Assembly (NCBI GenBank): GCA_045595705.1
Contig: JAZOBA010000116.1
Span: 90 to 64,089, forward strand
Direction: 5' to 3'
DNA from: Oscillospiraceae bacterium
Lineage (GTDB): Bacteria; Bacillota; Clostridia; Oscillospirales; Oscillospiraceae
Length of the DNA stretch: 64,000 nt
Made by a program: the position numbers and the translations under genes. The notes under the pieces are model-generated. The model was given only the letters and a program-made list of their open reading frames with translations. It was not told the origin of the DNA and made no database searches. Below, piece by piece: positions 51,085 through 60,868 of this stretch. Within the stretch, counting starts at the first letter, position 1. Each line of letters starts with the position of its first letter.

Positions 51085-52440
51085 ATGAGCTTTTGTGCAC
51101 CGGCTTTTTGTGCTGAGTGGAACCTCATTCCGGAGGGGGTTTCCGTACTGTGTGCCGTTTCGGGCGGAGCCGATTCCATGTGTCTGCTCCACTGGCTCAA
51201 CAGCGCCAAAGAAGCCTTGGGGATTCGGCTGCAGGCGGCCCATTACAACCATCATCTCCGGGGCGATGAGTCCGACCGGGATGAGCGGTTTGTCCGCGAT
51301 TGCTGCCAGGAATGGGGCGTCCCGCTGATCTGCGGTGAGGGCGACGTTTCCGCCCGGGCAGCCGAGATGGGCACGGGCGTGGAAGAAACCGCCCGGGAGA
51401 TGCGCTATACCTTTTTACAGAAGACGGCGCGGCAGGTTGATGCCGACTTGATTGCCGTGGCGCACAATGCCGATGACAATGTGGAGACCGTGCTGCTCCA
51501 TCTGATCCGGGGCAGCGGATTGACCGGACTGACCGGAATGCTTCCCCGGCGGGATAATATTGTGCGGCCGCTTCTGACCACCACCCGTGCTGACATTGAG
51601 GATTACTGCAGCCGCTGCGGCGTGCCCTATGTGCAGGATTCCACCAATGCCGACGATACTTACAGCCGAAACCGGGTGCGCCATCGAATCATCCCCGAAC
51701 TGACTGCCATGAACCCCCGCTTTGTGGAAAATTCGGTCAAACTGCTGGAACGCCTGCGGGATGATGAGAACTATCTGATTTCCCAAACCAACGTGATTTA
51801 CGCCTCGGCCCGCAAGGAGGGCGAGCGTGTGATTCTGCCTGCATCGGTTATCGGCGAAATGCCCGATGCGTTGGCTCCCCGCGCAGTGCGCCGGCTGTTG
51901 GCGCAGGTCGGACAGGAGAACTGTTCGGCGGCCCATCTGGAGAGCGTCATCGCCCTGTGCCGCACCAAGGATCCCTCGGCGCGGGTGTCGCTGCCCGGCG
52001 TGAGCGTCTGCCGTATGTATGACGAGTTGGTGTTTGTCCCGGCCGGGAGCGAGGAGAAAATTCCGGAACCGGTTCTGGTATGCCCGGAGGGTGTGACCTG
52101 TTACGGAGATACCGGGTGGAGCATTCGATGCAGCAAGACCGAATGTCCGGCGGACGGCTCCAAAAATCCCGATTCTTTTTTTCTGGCCTGTGATAAAATA
52201 AACGGTCCTCTGATTTTGCGGCCCCGTCAGACCGGAGATCAGATCAAGTTGCCGGGACGCGGCACAAAAACGGTTAAGAAACTGTTGATTGACGAGAAGG
52301 TCCCGTTGGCACACCGACAGCTGTTGCCGGTGCTGGCAGATGGGGACGGCGTGCTGGCGTTGGCATCCTTCGGGCCAAACGAAACCCGCCTGGCCCGGCC
52401 GGGAGAGCGCGCACTTTCCATCACATTTATGAAAGAGTGA
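51085..52440 (+). CDS. tilS: tRNA(Ile)-lysidine synthase
   Basis: PP-loop motif SGGADS, plus the conserved tilS-hpt-ftsH gene order. Confidence 0.92.
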   Translation: MSFCAPAFCAEWNLIPEGVSVLCAVSGGADSMCLLHWLNSAKEALGIRLQAAHYNHHLRGDESDRDERFVRDCCQEWGVPLICGEGDVSARAAEMGTGVEETAREMRYTFLQKTARQVDADLIAVAHNADDNVETVLLHLIRGSGLTGLTGMLPRRDNIVRPLLTTTRADIEDYCSRCGVPYVQDSTNADDTYSRNRVRHRIIPELTAMNPRFVENSVKLLERLRDDENYLISQTNVIYASARKEGERVILPASVIGEMPDALAPRAVRRLLAQVGQENCSAAHLESVIALCRTKDPSARVSLPGVSVCRMYDELVFVPAGSEEKIPEPVLVCPEGVTCYGDTGWSIRCSKTECPADGSKNPDSFFLACDKINGPLILRPRQTGDQIKLPGRGTKTVKKLLIDEKVPLAHRQLLPVLADGDGVLALASFGPNETRLARPGERALSITFMKE

Positions 52441-52994
52441 AGAATATGAACTATTGTGAGCAGGACATCGAACGAATCCTCTTGACCGAAGAGGAACTGA
52501 AGCAGCGCATCAAGGAGTTGGGCGCGCAGATCACCCGGGATTATCAGGACAAGGAAATTGTTCTGATCACCGTGCTGCGCGGTTCGTATATCTTTATGGC
52601 CGATCTGAGCCGTGCCATCGACCGACCCTGTATCATTGACTTTATGTCGGTTTCCTCCTACGGAAAGGGCACAGTGTCCTCCGGGCAGGTAAAGATCATC
52701 AAGGACCTGTCGGAAAATATTGAGGGCAGAGATGTCATTGTGGTGGAAGATATTTTGGACAGCGGCAACACTCTGTCCAACCTGCTGGAACTTCTTGTGA
52801 CGCGTAAGCCCGCATCGGTGCGCCTGTGCACCTTGCTGGATAAGCCTGAGCGCCGGGTGAAGGACATCTCGGCCGACTACTGCGGCTTTACAATTCCTGA
52901 TGCCTTCGTGGTGGGATACGGTCTGGATTATGCAGAAAAGTATAGAAACCTCCCCTATGTTGGTATACTGAAGCCGTCGGTCTACGGAGGCTGA
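52437..52994 (+). CDS. hpt: Hypoxanthine phosphoribosyltransferase
   Basis: The PRPP-binding motif is VIVVEDILDSGNTL. The start is uncertain: GTG at 52437 overlapping the tilS stop, or ATG at 52446. Confidence 0.93.
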   Translation: MKNMNYCEQDIERILLTEEELKQRIKELGAQITRDYQDKEIVLITVLRGSYIFMADLSRAIDRPCIIDFMSVSSYGKGTVSSGQVKIIKDLSENIEGRDVIVVEDILDSGNTLSNLLELLVTRKPASVRLCTLLDKPERRVKDISADYCGFTIPDAFVVGYGLDYAEKYRNLPYVGILKPSVYGG

Positions 52995-53044
52995 ACTACA
53001 GACCGTGCGTATGGCACGGACAAACCGGAAAGAAGTGTTGATGT

Positions 53045-54907
53045 TTGAAGAAATTCAGCCTGCGCGATGCGATTTTTTACATTTTGATTTTTGTGGTTCT
53101 GCTGTCCACCGTTTCGGTGCTGCAGAAGGTGGAAAAGGACGAAAGCGCCACCTATGCCAAGCTGCGCACTCTGTTCGATCAGGAGAAAGTCCTCTATTTT
53201 GAAGCGAAAGAGGATGAAATTGTCTTGCTCCTGCGGGATGAAGATGGGGACGGCAAGAGCGAGAAAGCGGTCTTCCCTCTGGCCAGCCTGGAAATTTTCT
53301 GGCGGGATATGCACGAGCAGATCGACGCGCAGTACGAGGCGGGAATCCTTGAGGATTACGACTATCCGCAAGGTTTTGTGGCCCCGTGGTGGTTCTCCTT
53401 TGCGCCCTATGTGATCGTTGTTCTGGTGTTTGGCCTGCTCTGGTTTTTCATGGCCCGGCGTCAGGGCGGCGGTGGTGGCGGAGCGAACAACCCCGCCCGC
53501 TTCGGGAAAGCCCGTACCCGCACGCTGTCGGATACCGAAAAGAAGGTGTCCTTTGACGATGTGGCCGGTGCCGATGAGGAAAAGGCTGAGCTGGAAGAAA
53601 TTGTGGAATTTCTGAAAGATCCCCAGCGGTTTATTGAATTGGGTGCCCGCATTCCCAAAGGTGTGCTGCTGGTGGGCCCTCCGGGTACCGGCAAGACCCT
53701 GCTGGCCCGTGCCGTAGCTGGTGAGGCCGGTGTGCACTTCCTGTCCATCTCGGGCTCCGACTTTGTGGAGTTGTATGTGGGCGTGGGCGCGTCCCGTGTC
53801 CGCGACCTGTTTGATCAGGCCAAGAAGGAATCCCCTGCTATTGTATTCATCGATGAGATCGATGCCGTGGGCCGTCAGCGTGGTGCCGGTCTGGGCGGCG
53901 GTCACGATGAACGAGAGCAGACTCTGAACCAGTTGCTGGTGGAAATGGACGGTTTCTCTGCCAACGAGGGAGTTATCGTTCTGGCGGCGACCAACCGTGT
54001 GGATATTTTGGATCCTGCCCTGTTGCGCCCCGGCCGCTTTGACCGTCAGGTGTATGTGGGTCATCCCGACATCAAGGGCCGTGAGGCCGTTCTGCGCATC
54101 CATGCCCGCAACAAACCGTTGGCTGAGGATGTCTCGCTGGCCGAGGTGGCAAAGGCCACCGTGGGCTTCACCGGCGCCGATTTGGAGAATCTGATGAACG
54201 AGGCTGCCCTGCTGGCTGCCCGCCGCAGAGAGCGATTCATCACCAACGCCGACCTGCATGAGGCGGTGCTCAAGGTCATTGCCGGCCCTGAGAAAAAGAG
54301 CCGTGTGGTTACCGAGCATGCCCGCAAGCTGACCGCCTACCATGAGGCCGGTCACGCCATTGTCATAAACGAACTGGAAACCACCGATCCGGTCCACCAG
54401 ATTACCATCATCCCCCGCGGCGGAGCCGGCGGCATGACCATCTCCCTGCCCCAGGAGGATAAGAGCTATCAGTCCAAGAAGGAGCTGACCGAGCAGGTGG
54501 CTGTCTGTCTGGGTGGCCGCGTGGCCGAAGAACTGATGCTGGGTGACATTTCAACCGGCGCATCGAATGATCTGGAGCGTGCCACTGCCATTGCCCGCGC
54601 CATGGTCACCAAGTACGGCATGAGCGAAAAGCTGGGCACTGTAGTTTTCGACAATAACTCCAGCGAGGTCTTCATTGGCCGATCCATGGCTCAGGCCCGC
54701 ACCTATTCCGAGGAAGTGGCCGGTCAGATCGACGCCGAGATCCGTGCCATTATCGACGGCGCCTGTGAGCGCTGCCGTGCCATTCTCTCCGAAAAGAAAG
54801 AGACGCTGGTCAAGGTGGCCGAGTATCTGCTGGAACACGAAACCATGTCGGCTGAAGAATTTCAGCAAATTTGCAACGGCCAAGATATCGCCGGTGCGGA
54901 AGAATAA
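53045..54907 (+). CDS. ftsH: ATP-dependent zinc metalloprotease FtsH
   Basis: Two TM helices, AAA+ Walker [12 protein letters not shown], and the protease motif HEAGHA. TTG start at 53045. Confidence 0.97.
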   Translation: MKKFSLRDAIFYILIFVVLLSTVSVLQKVEKDESATYAKLRTLFDQEKVLYFEAKEDEIVLLLRDEDGDGKSEKAVFPLASLEIFWRDMHEQIDAQYEAGILEDYDYPQGFVAPWWFSFAPYVIVVLVFGLLWFFMARRQGGGGGGANNPARFGKARTRTLSDTEKKVSFDDVAGADEEKAELEEIVEFLKDPQRFIELGARIPKGVLLVGPPGTGKTLLARAVAGEAGVHFLSISGSDFVELYVGVGASRVRDLFDQAKKESPAIVFIDEIDAVGRQRGAGLGGGHDEREQTLNQLLVEMDGFSANEGVIVLAATNRVDILDPALLRPGRFDRQVYVGHPDIKGREAVLRIHARNKPLAEDVSLAEVAKATVGFTGADLENLMNEAALLAARRRERFITNADLHEAVLKVIAGPEKKSRVVTEHARKLTAYHEAGHAIVINELETTDPVHQITIIPRGGAGGMTISLPQEDKSYQSKKELTEQVAVCLGGRVAEELMLGDISTGASNDLERATAIARAMVTKYGMSEKLGTVVFDNNSSEVFIGRSMAQARTYSEEVAGQIDAEIRAIIDGACERCRAILSEKKETLVKVAEYLLEHETMSAEEFQQICNGQDIAGAEE

Positions 54908-54930
54908 AAGTCCGTTATAATGTACAATAA

Positions 54931-54980
54931 ACCTCCTATACTGATATCAGAAAGAGCGAACTGATATCAGTATAGGAGGT
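54931..54980 (+). terminator. Perfect 20-bp inverted repeat after ftsH (terminator-like; also sequesters the RBS of the downstream small ORF)
   Basis: ACCTCCTATACTGATATCAG-aaagagcgaa-CTGATATCAGTATAGGAGGT followed by TTTTG. Each arm contains the self-palindrome CTGATATCAG. Confidence 0.7.
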
Positions 54981-54986
54981 TTTGTC

Positions 54987-55103
54987 ATGGAGTTTGAACT
55001 GCGATTTGTAAGAGGTCATGTGGAAGTGTACGATTGCTCCGGGCGCTTCCTGTTTTCCGCTGACAGCGAGAAAGAGGCCCGAGAGGAACTGTATGCAGCG
55101 TAA
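54987..55103 (+). CDS. Small ORF, 38 aa (MEFELRFVRGHVEVYDCSGRFLFSADSEKEAREELYAA), not in the supplied ORF track
   Basis: The ATG lies 7 nt after an AGGAGG RBS. It has its own downstream terminator at 55112-55139 and sits in an otherwise non-coding 290-nt gap. Coding status is unproven. Confidence 0.4.
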   Translation: MEFELRFVRGHVEVYDCSGRFLFSADSEKEAREELYAA

Positions 55104-55111
55104 GATGGCCC

Positions 55112-55139
55112 GGCCGGAAGAAATTTCGGCCGTTTTTTT
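55112..55139 (+). terminator. Rho-independent terminator after the small ORF
   Basis: GGCCGGAA-GAAA-TTTCGGCC (one G-U pair) followed by G and TTTTTTT. Confidence 0.7.
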
Positions 55140-55146
55140 ATACAAT

Positions 55147-55196
55147 AAAAAGAAATATGGAGCGACCCGACACAGGGTCGCTCCATATTTCTTTTT
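55147..55196. terminator. Bidirectional terminator (serves the lipid kinase gene on the minus strand)
   Basis: 22-bp perfect arms AAAAAGAAATATGGAGCGACCC / GGGTCGCTCCATATTTCTTTTT with a 6-nt loop. Confidence 0.8.
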
Positions 55197-55200
55197 GCAC

Positions 55201-56091
55201 TTATTTGCCCCACACCAGATCCAATGCCTGATATCGATTGGAAATGTCGACGGTCAAGGGGGCGCCTCCGTACTCGCCGTCCAGCGTCCACGGCAGAGGT
55301 TCCTGACAGGTGACCTGCAATTTTTTGGTGGAAAAGGACACGATGGCGCCGCCGTCCATGGGCTTTTTCTGCTGCAGAGTGGTCACAAAGCTCTGCAGCT
55401 CGGGCAGAGATTTGGGCCGGCGGATCAGCAGAACCTCAAACAAGCCGTCGTCCAGACTGACGTCGGTAGCCAGCGGATTTTTGAAGCCGCCCACCGAAAT
55501 GGTGTTACTGACCATGCCATAGAAAAAGTCGCCCTCCACCGTGCCGCCGTCGTGGGTCAGGGTCACGGGATAGCTTTTGATGGAGCCAAGACGGGTGACG
55601 CCTTCCATCAGGTAGGCCAAATGGCCAAACATGTTTTTGAATTCCTGCGGCGTGTCATAGGATACATCGGTAAAGGCGCCGAAGGCGGCCACGTAGATGA
55701 AGGTCTTTTCGTTGAACTGGCCCACATCACTTCTGCGTACAGGTCCGGTGACTGCCATGCGGGCCGCGTCTTCCAGCACCTTGGGCAGCCCCAGATTGCG
55801 GGAGAAGTCGTTGGTGCTTCCGGCTGGGATATAGCCCAAAACAGGCGGGTCTTGCAAGGCCAGCAGGCCGGAGATGGTTTCGTTCAGCGTTCCGTCACCG
55901 CCGCAGCAGACGACCCGCTCATACTGTCCGCCCAGTTCGGCGGCCGCACGGGCGGCGTCACCGCGGCACTGGGTGGGATAGGCGGTGGTCAGCCAGCCCT
56001 CCTTGGTGAAGGCGTCCAGAATGCCGGGAAGATGGCCTTTTACCGATCCTTTTCCGGCGGTTGGGTTAAAAAGAAAAAGAAGTTTTTTCAT
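55201..56091 (-). CDS. Diacylglycerol/lipid kinase, YegS/BmrU/DagK family
   Basis: The N-terminus LLFLFNPTAGKG and the GGDGTLNE motif. True ATG at 56089-56091. Confidence 0.88.
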   Translation of the reverse strand: MKKLLFLFNPTAGKGSVKGHLPGILDAFTKEGWLTTAYPTQCRGDAARAAAELGGQYERVVCCGGDGTLNETISGLLALQDPPVLGYIPAGSTNDFSRNLGLPKVLEDAARMAVTGPVRRSDVGQFNEKTFIYVAAFGAFTDVSYDTPQEFKNMFGHLAYLMEGVTRLGSIKSYPVTLTHDGGTVEGDFFYGMVSNTISVGGFKNPLATDVSLDDGLFEVLLIRRPKSLPELQSFVTTLQQKKPMDGGAIVSFSTKKLQVTCQEPLPWTLDGEYGGAPLTVDISNRYQALDLVWGK

Positions 56092-56212
56092 TGGAAATCC
56101 CTTCCGTTCGGTTTCAATAATCAATGTCATTATATCCCTGCGCAAGAAAAAATCAACAAAGGATTTGTAAACTTTTTATGCATTATCTGTTGGTTTAAAG
56201 CGGTAAAGTATA

Positions 56213-56240
56213 TTGCTTTTTAAGGAATTCGTGGTACAAT
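56213..56240 (+). promoter_or_regulatory. Putative promoter for azlCD
   Basis: TTGCTT (56213-56218), a 16-nt spacer, then TGgTACAAT with the hexamer at 56235-56240. Confidence 0.5.
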
Positions 56241-56264
56241 GAAAACCAACTGACTCACAGGGGT

Positions 56265-57005
56265 GTGATCAACTTGAACCGCAGGACCTTCGCCGCTGCG
56301 TTTCCCATTACCGTTCCGGTGCTGATGGGCTATCTGGCTATCGGCATCGCATTTGGGCTGATGCTGGAGGCGGCAGGATACAACGTAATATGGGCCTTTT
56401 TTATGTCGCTGTCCATTTATGCCGGATCGGGTCAATATCTGGGTGTGGAACTGCTTGCTACCGGTGCTGCTTTGGCACAGGTGGCTTTGCTGACCTTCCT
56501 GATCAATTTCCGTCATCTGGTGTACGGCCTGTCCATGCTGGAAAAGTTCCGCGGCATGGGCAAGCGCAAATGGTATATGATCTTTTCGCTGACTGATGAG
56601 ACTTACGCTCTGCTGGCGGGCGCCAATCCTCCGCCGGGTGTTGCGCCCCGTGATTTCTACTTCGCCGTGGCGATCCTGGACCATTGCTATTGGATTTTGG
56701 GGTCGATTATCGGCTCGGTGGCCGGTGCGCTGATCGGCTTTGATACCACCGGCGTGGAGTTTGCCATGACCGCACTGTTTCTGGTGATTGCAGTGGACCA
56801 ATGGCGCAGTTACCGCAGTCATATCCCGGCCATTCTGGGTGCGGGAGCCACCCTGCTCTGTCTGTTTGTGGTGGGTGCCGACATGATGTTGCTGCCTGCT
56901 CTGGTCATCATCGTGGCGATTTTGTTGATTTTGCGTGTCCGGCTGGAGAAGAAAACTGCCGATGCCCAACCGGCAGAACGGAAGGAGGCGGAACCGGAAT
57001 GCTGA
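56265..57005 (+). CDS. azlC: Branched-chain amino acid exporter subunit AzlC
   Basis: Polytopic membrane protein with the AzlC-like N-terminus (FPITVPVLMGYLAIGIAFG). Start is the GTG at 56265 or the TTG at 56274. Confidence 0.85.
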   Translation: MINLNRRTFAAAFPITVPVLMGYLAIGIAFGLMLEAAGYNVIWAFFMSLSIYAGSGQYLGVELLATGAALAQVALLTFLINFRHLVYGLSMLEKFRGMGKRKWYMIFSLTDETYALLAGANPPPGVAPRDFYFAVAILDHCYWILGSIIGSVAGALIGFDTTGVEFAMTALFLVIAVDQWRSYRSHIPAILGAGATLLCLFVVGADMMLLPALVIIVAILLILRVRLEKKTADAQPAERKEAEPEC

Positions 57006-57385
57006 CGCCTGCTCAGGCCATTGCTTCGATTGCTGTTATGGCCGTTGTGACTTTTCTGACCCGATTCCTGCCATTTCTGCTCTTTGACCGGGGTGAGGAA
57101 CCGCCCAAACTGGTGCTGTATCTGGGGCGTGTATTGCCTCCGGCCGTCATTGCCATGCTGATTATTTACTGTCTGCGCAATCCGGCCCTGACGGTTCCGG
57201 CAGACCTGACCGCAACCCTGTCCGGTTGGTGGGCGGCCATTGTTTCCTTTTTTGTGGGGTGGGCCCCGCAGTTGATTTCGGGCGCGGTGGTGGTTATTCT
57301 CCACATATGGAAGAAAAACAACCTGCTGTCTATTTTCAGCGGTACTATACTGTATATGATTCTGGTTCAGTTTGTATTTGTGTGA
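56999..57385 (+). CDS. azlD: Branched-chain amino acid exporter subunit AzlD
   Basis: 128-aa, four-TM protein (VVTFLTRFLPFLLF). The ATG at 56999 overlaps the azlC stop. Confidence 0.85.
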   Translation: MLTPAQAIASIAVMAVVTFLTRFLPFLLFDRGEEPPKLVLYLGRVLPPAVIAMLIIYCLRNPALTVPADLTATLSGWWAAIVSFFVGWAPQLISGAVVVILHIWKKNNLLSIFSGTILYMILVQFVFV

Positions 57386-57391
57386 ATATCC

Positions 57392-57427
57392 AAGGCCGTG
57401 TCGTTTCCGACACGGCCTTTGGTTTGC
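57392..57427. terminator. Terminator between convergent azlD and spoIIP
   Basis: AAGGCCGTGTCG-TTTC-CGACACGGCCTT followed by TGGTTTG. Confidence 0.7.
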
Positions 57428-58588
57428 TTACATCAGATTAGTCAGTACCTCGCCGGCGGCTTTGGCAAACAGTCTGGCCCCGCGCAGGGCTTCCTGCAGA
57501 GTGTTTCCGTGGGACCCTACTTCGATCAACAGGGACCCTTGGGTAAGCTGCTGATTAAATCGGGAGGAGCGCAGCATGATGGGACGGGCCGCCGTGGGCC
57601 ACCGAGTGTCCAAAACTTGCTGAATACGCACAGCCAAGGACAGATTTTTCTGCCAATGGGGGTGCTTCTGCCCCAGATCGTCGGTTCCTACGATCATCAT
57701 GACCTGCGCGGTCTTTTCTCCGTCGATTTCAGTGACCGCTTTGTATACCGTGCCGTTTTCACCGACCAGTGCGTCCCGGTGGACGTCCAGTACAATCTGA
57801 ATGGAGGGGTATTCTTTTAGCCACGCCTCGATTCCTTCGCAGGAGCGGCCGTAGGCGCCGCTGTACTGCGGATAGTCGTACAAGGTCCGGTCGTGGACTA
57901 CGGACAAGCCCAGGTCCTCGAAAATGGTCTGCATTTCATCCCCAATGCGAACCACATTGTAGGCCTCGTTGGTGGTGCGGGAGGCATCGCTTTCCTGATA
58001 GATGTCGGTGCCGTCCATGGTATATGCCTCGCTGCCGTGGGTATGTACGATCAGGACCTGCGGACCGTCCTTAGGCAGTTCCAGCGTGACTTCAGTTTGC
58101 GCAAGGGCAGCAAGATCCACTGTTTTACCGGTCCGGTTATACAGATAAACACCCTGCGTGGCCAGCGCGCCCTCGCTTTCGGAGGGTAAGAAGGTGCGAG
58201 GCAGGATATCCTCCGGAGCGGCGGTGGTTTCCGGAAGAGGCGTTTCTTCCAGATCCTCAAGTTGAGCAGGTGGCGGTTCGGGGAGTACATTTTCCGGGCT
58301 TTCGGTGGGCTGCGCCTGCAGTTGGGCGATGGGTTCCGAGTTGGCCTGTAGAAAGGCGGATTCACTTAGAGCCAGCTGCTGCCAGTGGGTCAGTTGATTC
58401 CAAGGGGTGTCACGCCAGGTCTCCGGACCCAATTCGGCCTGCAGGGCGGCAGCCACAAAGGCCGAACTCTCACCCAGCCGCAGGCAGGCCTCGCCCGGGT
58501 CGCAAGTCAGAGCAATAAGCCAGATTGCCACAACAGCGAGAAACAGCGCGACCGACCGCCGCAGCCAGCGAAAACCTTGTCCTCTCAT
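57428..58588 (-). CDS. spoIIP: Stage II sporulation protein P (SpoIIP-family amidase/peptidase)
   Basis: N-terminal TM helix, the conserved VLIVHTHGSEAY block and a later VLDVHRDA block. Confidence 0.78.
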   Translation of the reverse strand: MRGQGFRWLRRSVALFLAVVAIWLIALTCDPGEACLRLGESSAFVAAALQAELGPETWRDTPWNQLTHWQQLALSESAFLQANSEPIAQLQAQPTESPENVLPEPPPAQLEDLEETPLPETTAAPEDILPRTFLPSESEGALATQGVYLYNRTGKTVDLAALAQTEVTLELPKDGPQVLIVHTHGSEAYTMDGTDIYQESDASRTTNEAYNVVRIGDEMQTIFEDLGLSVVHDRTLYDYPQYSGAYGRSCEGIEAWLKEYPSIQIVLDVHRDALVGENGTVYKAVTEIDGEKTAQVMMIVGTDDLGQKHPHWQKNLSLAVRIQQVLDTRWPTAARPIMLRSSRFNQQLTQGSLLIEVGSHGNTLQEALRGARLFAKAAGEVLTNLM

Positions 58589-58678
58589 ACTTTATCCCAT
58601 CCTTTGTCCTTTGTGATGAAACAGTTTATGCGGCCTGAAAGGGGGATATTCCGCCAAATAATTTGAAAATCAAAGGTA

Positions 58679-58706
58679 TTGACAGCAGAAACAGGAAGAG
58701 TATAAT
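58679..58706 (+). promoter_or_regulatory. Consensus-like promoter for the MarR-family gene
   Basis: TTGACA (58679-58684), a 16-nt spacer, then TATAAT (58701-58706). Confidence 0.6.
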
Positions 58707-58741
58707 GAGCCTCGCCGATCAAGACTTATGAGGTGGTTTGC

Positions 58742-59197
58742 TTGGATACACGCGGTGAAGCGCTCAACCGTTTTATGGTGGAGACATTTAATGAAATTCT
58801 GAAAACCGAAGAGCAGTCCTTGACTGAGAAGTGGCCCGATCTGACCGTGCGAGAGTTTCACCTGCTGGAGGAGGTCTGCCGAATTGTGGACGAGGGGCGG
58901 GATAACCGCGCATCCGCCATTGCTGTAGCCCAGCGAGTCACCGCCGGGACGCTGACCACCATGGTTGCCCTGCTGGAGAAGAAGGGCTATCTGGAGCGCC
59001 GCCGGGACGGAAATGATCGCCGTGCCGTACGCATCCACCCCACCGAAAAAGGGTGGCAGGCCAATCAAGACCATACCGCCTTTCATCAGGAACTGGTGGA
59101 AACCGTGCAGGGCGCGCTCAATCAAGAGGAATGTGCGGTGTTTCTGCGTGCACTGGACGTGGTCAGCGGGTTCTTTCAAAATAAAAACATTGGGTAA
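58742..59197 (+). CDS. MarR-family winged-helix transcriptional regulator
   Basis: The pattern TVREFHLLEEV...LEKKGYLERRRDGNDRRAVRIHPTEKG is a typical MarR wHTH. The start is ambiguous: GTG at 58733, TTG at 58742 after a GAGGTG RBS, or ATG at 58775. Confidence 0.8.
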   Translation: MDTRGEALNRFMVETFNEILKTEEQSLTEKWPDLTVREFHLLEEVCRIVDEGRDNRASAIAVAQRVTAGTLTTMVALLEKKGYLERRRDGNDRRAVRIHPTEKGWQANQDHTAFHQELVETVQGALNQEECAVFLRALDVVSGFFQNKNIG

Positions 59198-59331
59198 TAT
59201 GTGCTTCGGATGGCAACAGTTTGCTTTTAATTTGTTAAAAAATCCTTTGTTTTGACTTCATACTTTAGCCACATTTTTGGGGTATCTTATCGCTGTGAAA
59301 TAAAATACCGCTCCAAAGGAGAACGCAAAAT

Positions 59332-60687
59332 ATGAATTACGATTTTTATGAATCCCCTCACCGTCCGCAGGAGGACACCATTCCAATCACCGACTTTAAG
59401 GTAGAAGATATGGGATCTGCCTCCGGCGAGCCCAAGAAAAAAAGAGGTTGGCTTAAAGTTGTGGCACTTTGTCTGGTTTGCGCGTTGTTGGGTACCGCAG
59501 GCGGTGCGGCAGTCGCTACCGTGCTGGCTGAAAAAACCGGTCAGGGTGAAAACACAACCACCCTTTATGAAAGTGACCGAGTGCCCACCGTAGTGGGCGT
59601 GACCCATATCAACACCGGGAAAGAGCACTCGCTGGAGGAAATTTATGCCTCCTGGGTCAACTCCACCGTGGGCATCAGCACCGAGATCGTGACCACAAAC
59701 TGGTTCGGCCAGCAGGTCATTGGCGGCGCTGCCGCCGGTTCCGGTTTTGTCATTTCATCGGATGGCTACATTGTCACCAATTATCACGTGGTTGAGGGTG
59801 CGCACACCATCAAGGTCACATTTTATGACGGCTCGGAGTATCAGGCTACACTGGTGGGCGGAGAAGCAAACAATGACGTGGCCGTGCTGAAAATTGATGC
59901 ACAGGGGCTGACCCCGGTCATCATCGGCAATTCCGACAATCTTCATGTGGGCCAAACGGTTACAGCGATTGGCAATCCTCTGGGTGAACTGACGTTCAGT
60001 CAGTCGGCCGGTATTATTTCGGCCATGGACCGCACGGTGACCTTTGACGGCGGTGTTAAAATCAACATGCTCCAGACCGACTGCACCATCAACGCGGGCA
60101 ACTCCGGAGGCCCTCTGTTTAACCTGTACGGCGAGGTCATCGGCATTACCAGCGCAAAGTATTCCAACAACGGTTCTTATTCCGAGGCGACTATCGAGGG
60201 GATCGGTTTTGCCATTCCCATGAACGATGTGGAGGGCATCATCAAGGACCTGATCGAGCACGGTTATGTGACCGGTAAGCCCAATGTGGGAGTTCTGCTG
60301 GACGACATTGATATCAACGCCCTGCGGTACGGTATTCCCGACGGAGCCGAGATTATGGCCATTCTGGAAGGCTCCTGCGCCCAAAAGGCTGGTCTGCAGG
60401 TGGGAGACATTGTGACCAAAGTGGATGATGCCGAGATTAGCAGTGTGACCGGCCTGCAAGATGCGGTCAGGAAGCACAGGGCCGGAGATTCCGTGACCTT
60501 TACCGTTTATCGCAACGGTGATACAAAGGAAATCACCATGACGTTGGATGAGAGCAATCAGGAACGTACCGAGGCCATGAATGTGCTTGCAGAAGAATAT
60601 AACAAGAGCCAGCAGGAACAGCAGCAATCTCAGCAGGGAAACAGTTATTATCCCGGCTACGGATTTGGCTGGCCCTTTGGCTGGTAA
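59332..60687 (+). CDS. htrA: HtrA/DegP-family serine protease (S1C) with one PDZ domain and N-terminal TM anchor
   Basis: Catalytic blocks TNYHVV, NDVAVLK and GNSGGPL. It has a PDZ-like C-terminus and a Gln-rich tail. Confidence 0.9.
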   Translation: MNYDFYESPHRPQEDTIPITDFKVEDMGSASGEPKKKRGWLKVVALCLVCALLGTAGGAAVATVLAEKTGQGENTTTLYESDRVPTVVGVTHINTGKEHSLEEIYASWVNSTVGISTEIVTTNWFGQQVIGGAAAGSGFVISSDGYIVTNYHVVEGAHTIKVTFYDGSEYQATLVGGEANNDVAVLKIDAQGLTPVIIGNSDNLHVGQTVTAIGNPLGELTFSQSAGIISAMDRTVTFDGGVKINMLQTDCTINAGNSGGPLFNLYGEVIGITSAKYSNNGSYSEATIEGIGFAIPMNDVEGIIKDLIEHGYVTGKPNVGVLLDDIDINALRYGIPDGAEIMAILEGSCAQKAGLQVGDIVTKVDDAEISSVTGLQDAVRKHRAGDSVTFTVYRNGDTKEITMTLDESNQERTEAMNVLAEEYNKSQQEQQQSQQGNSYYPGYGFGWPFGW

Positions 60688-60700
60688 TATGAATTGACGG

Positions 60701-60730
60701 CGGCGCCTCCGTTTCCGGGGGCGCCGTTTT
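60701..60730 (+). terminator. Terminator after htrA
   Basis: CGGCGCC-(12-nt loop)-GGCGCCG followed by TTTT. Confidence 0.55.
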
Positions 60731-60780
60731 GATGAGAAAACCCATCGGACAGAGCTAAACTGCCCGGTGGGTTTCTTCCT

Positions 60781-60815
60781 GAAAAAAAGAAATGCCGCCC
60801 ATTTGGGCGGCATTT
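60781..60815 (-). terminator. Minus-strand terminator at the core/island junction
   Basis: AAATGCCGCCC-ATTT-GGGCGGCATTT. On the minus strand it is followed by CTTTTTTTC. Confidence 0.65.
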
Positions 60816-60868
60816 CGAAAAAAGCAGATTGTACGGTAAGATCAGCGCTTGCTTAACTTAGGTGCGGA

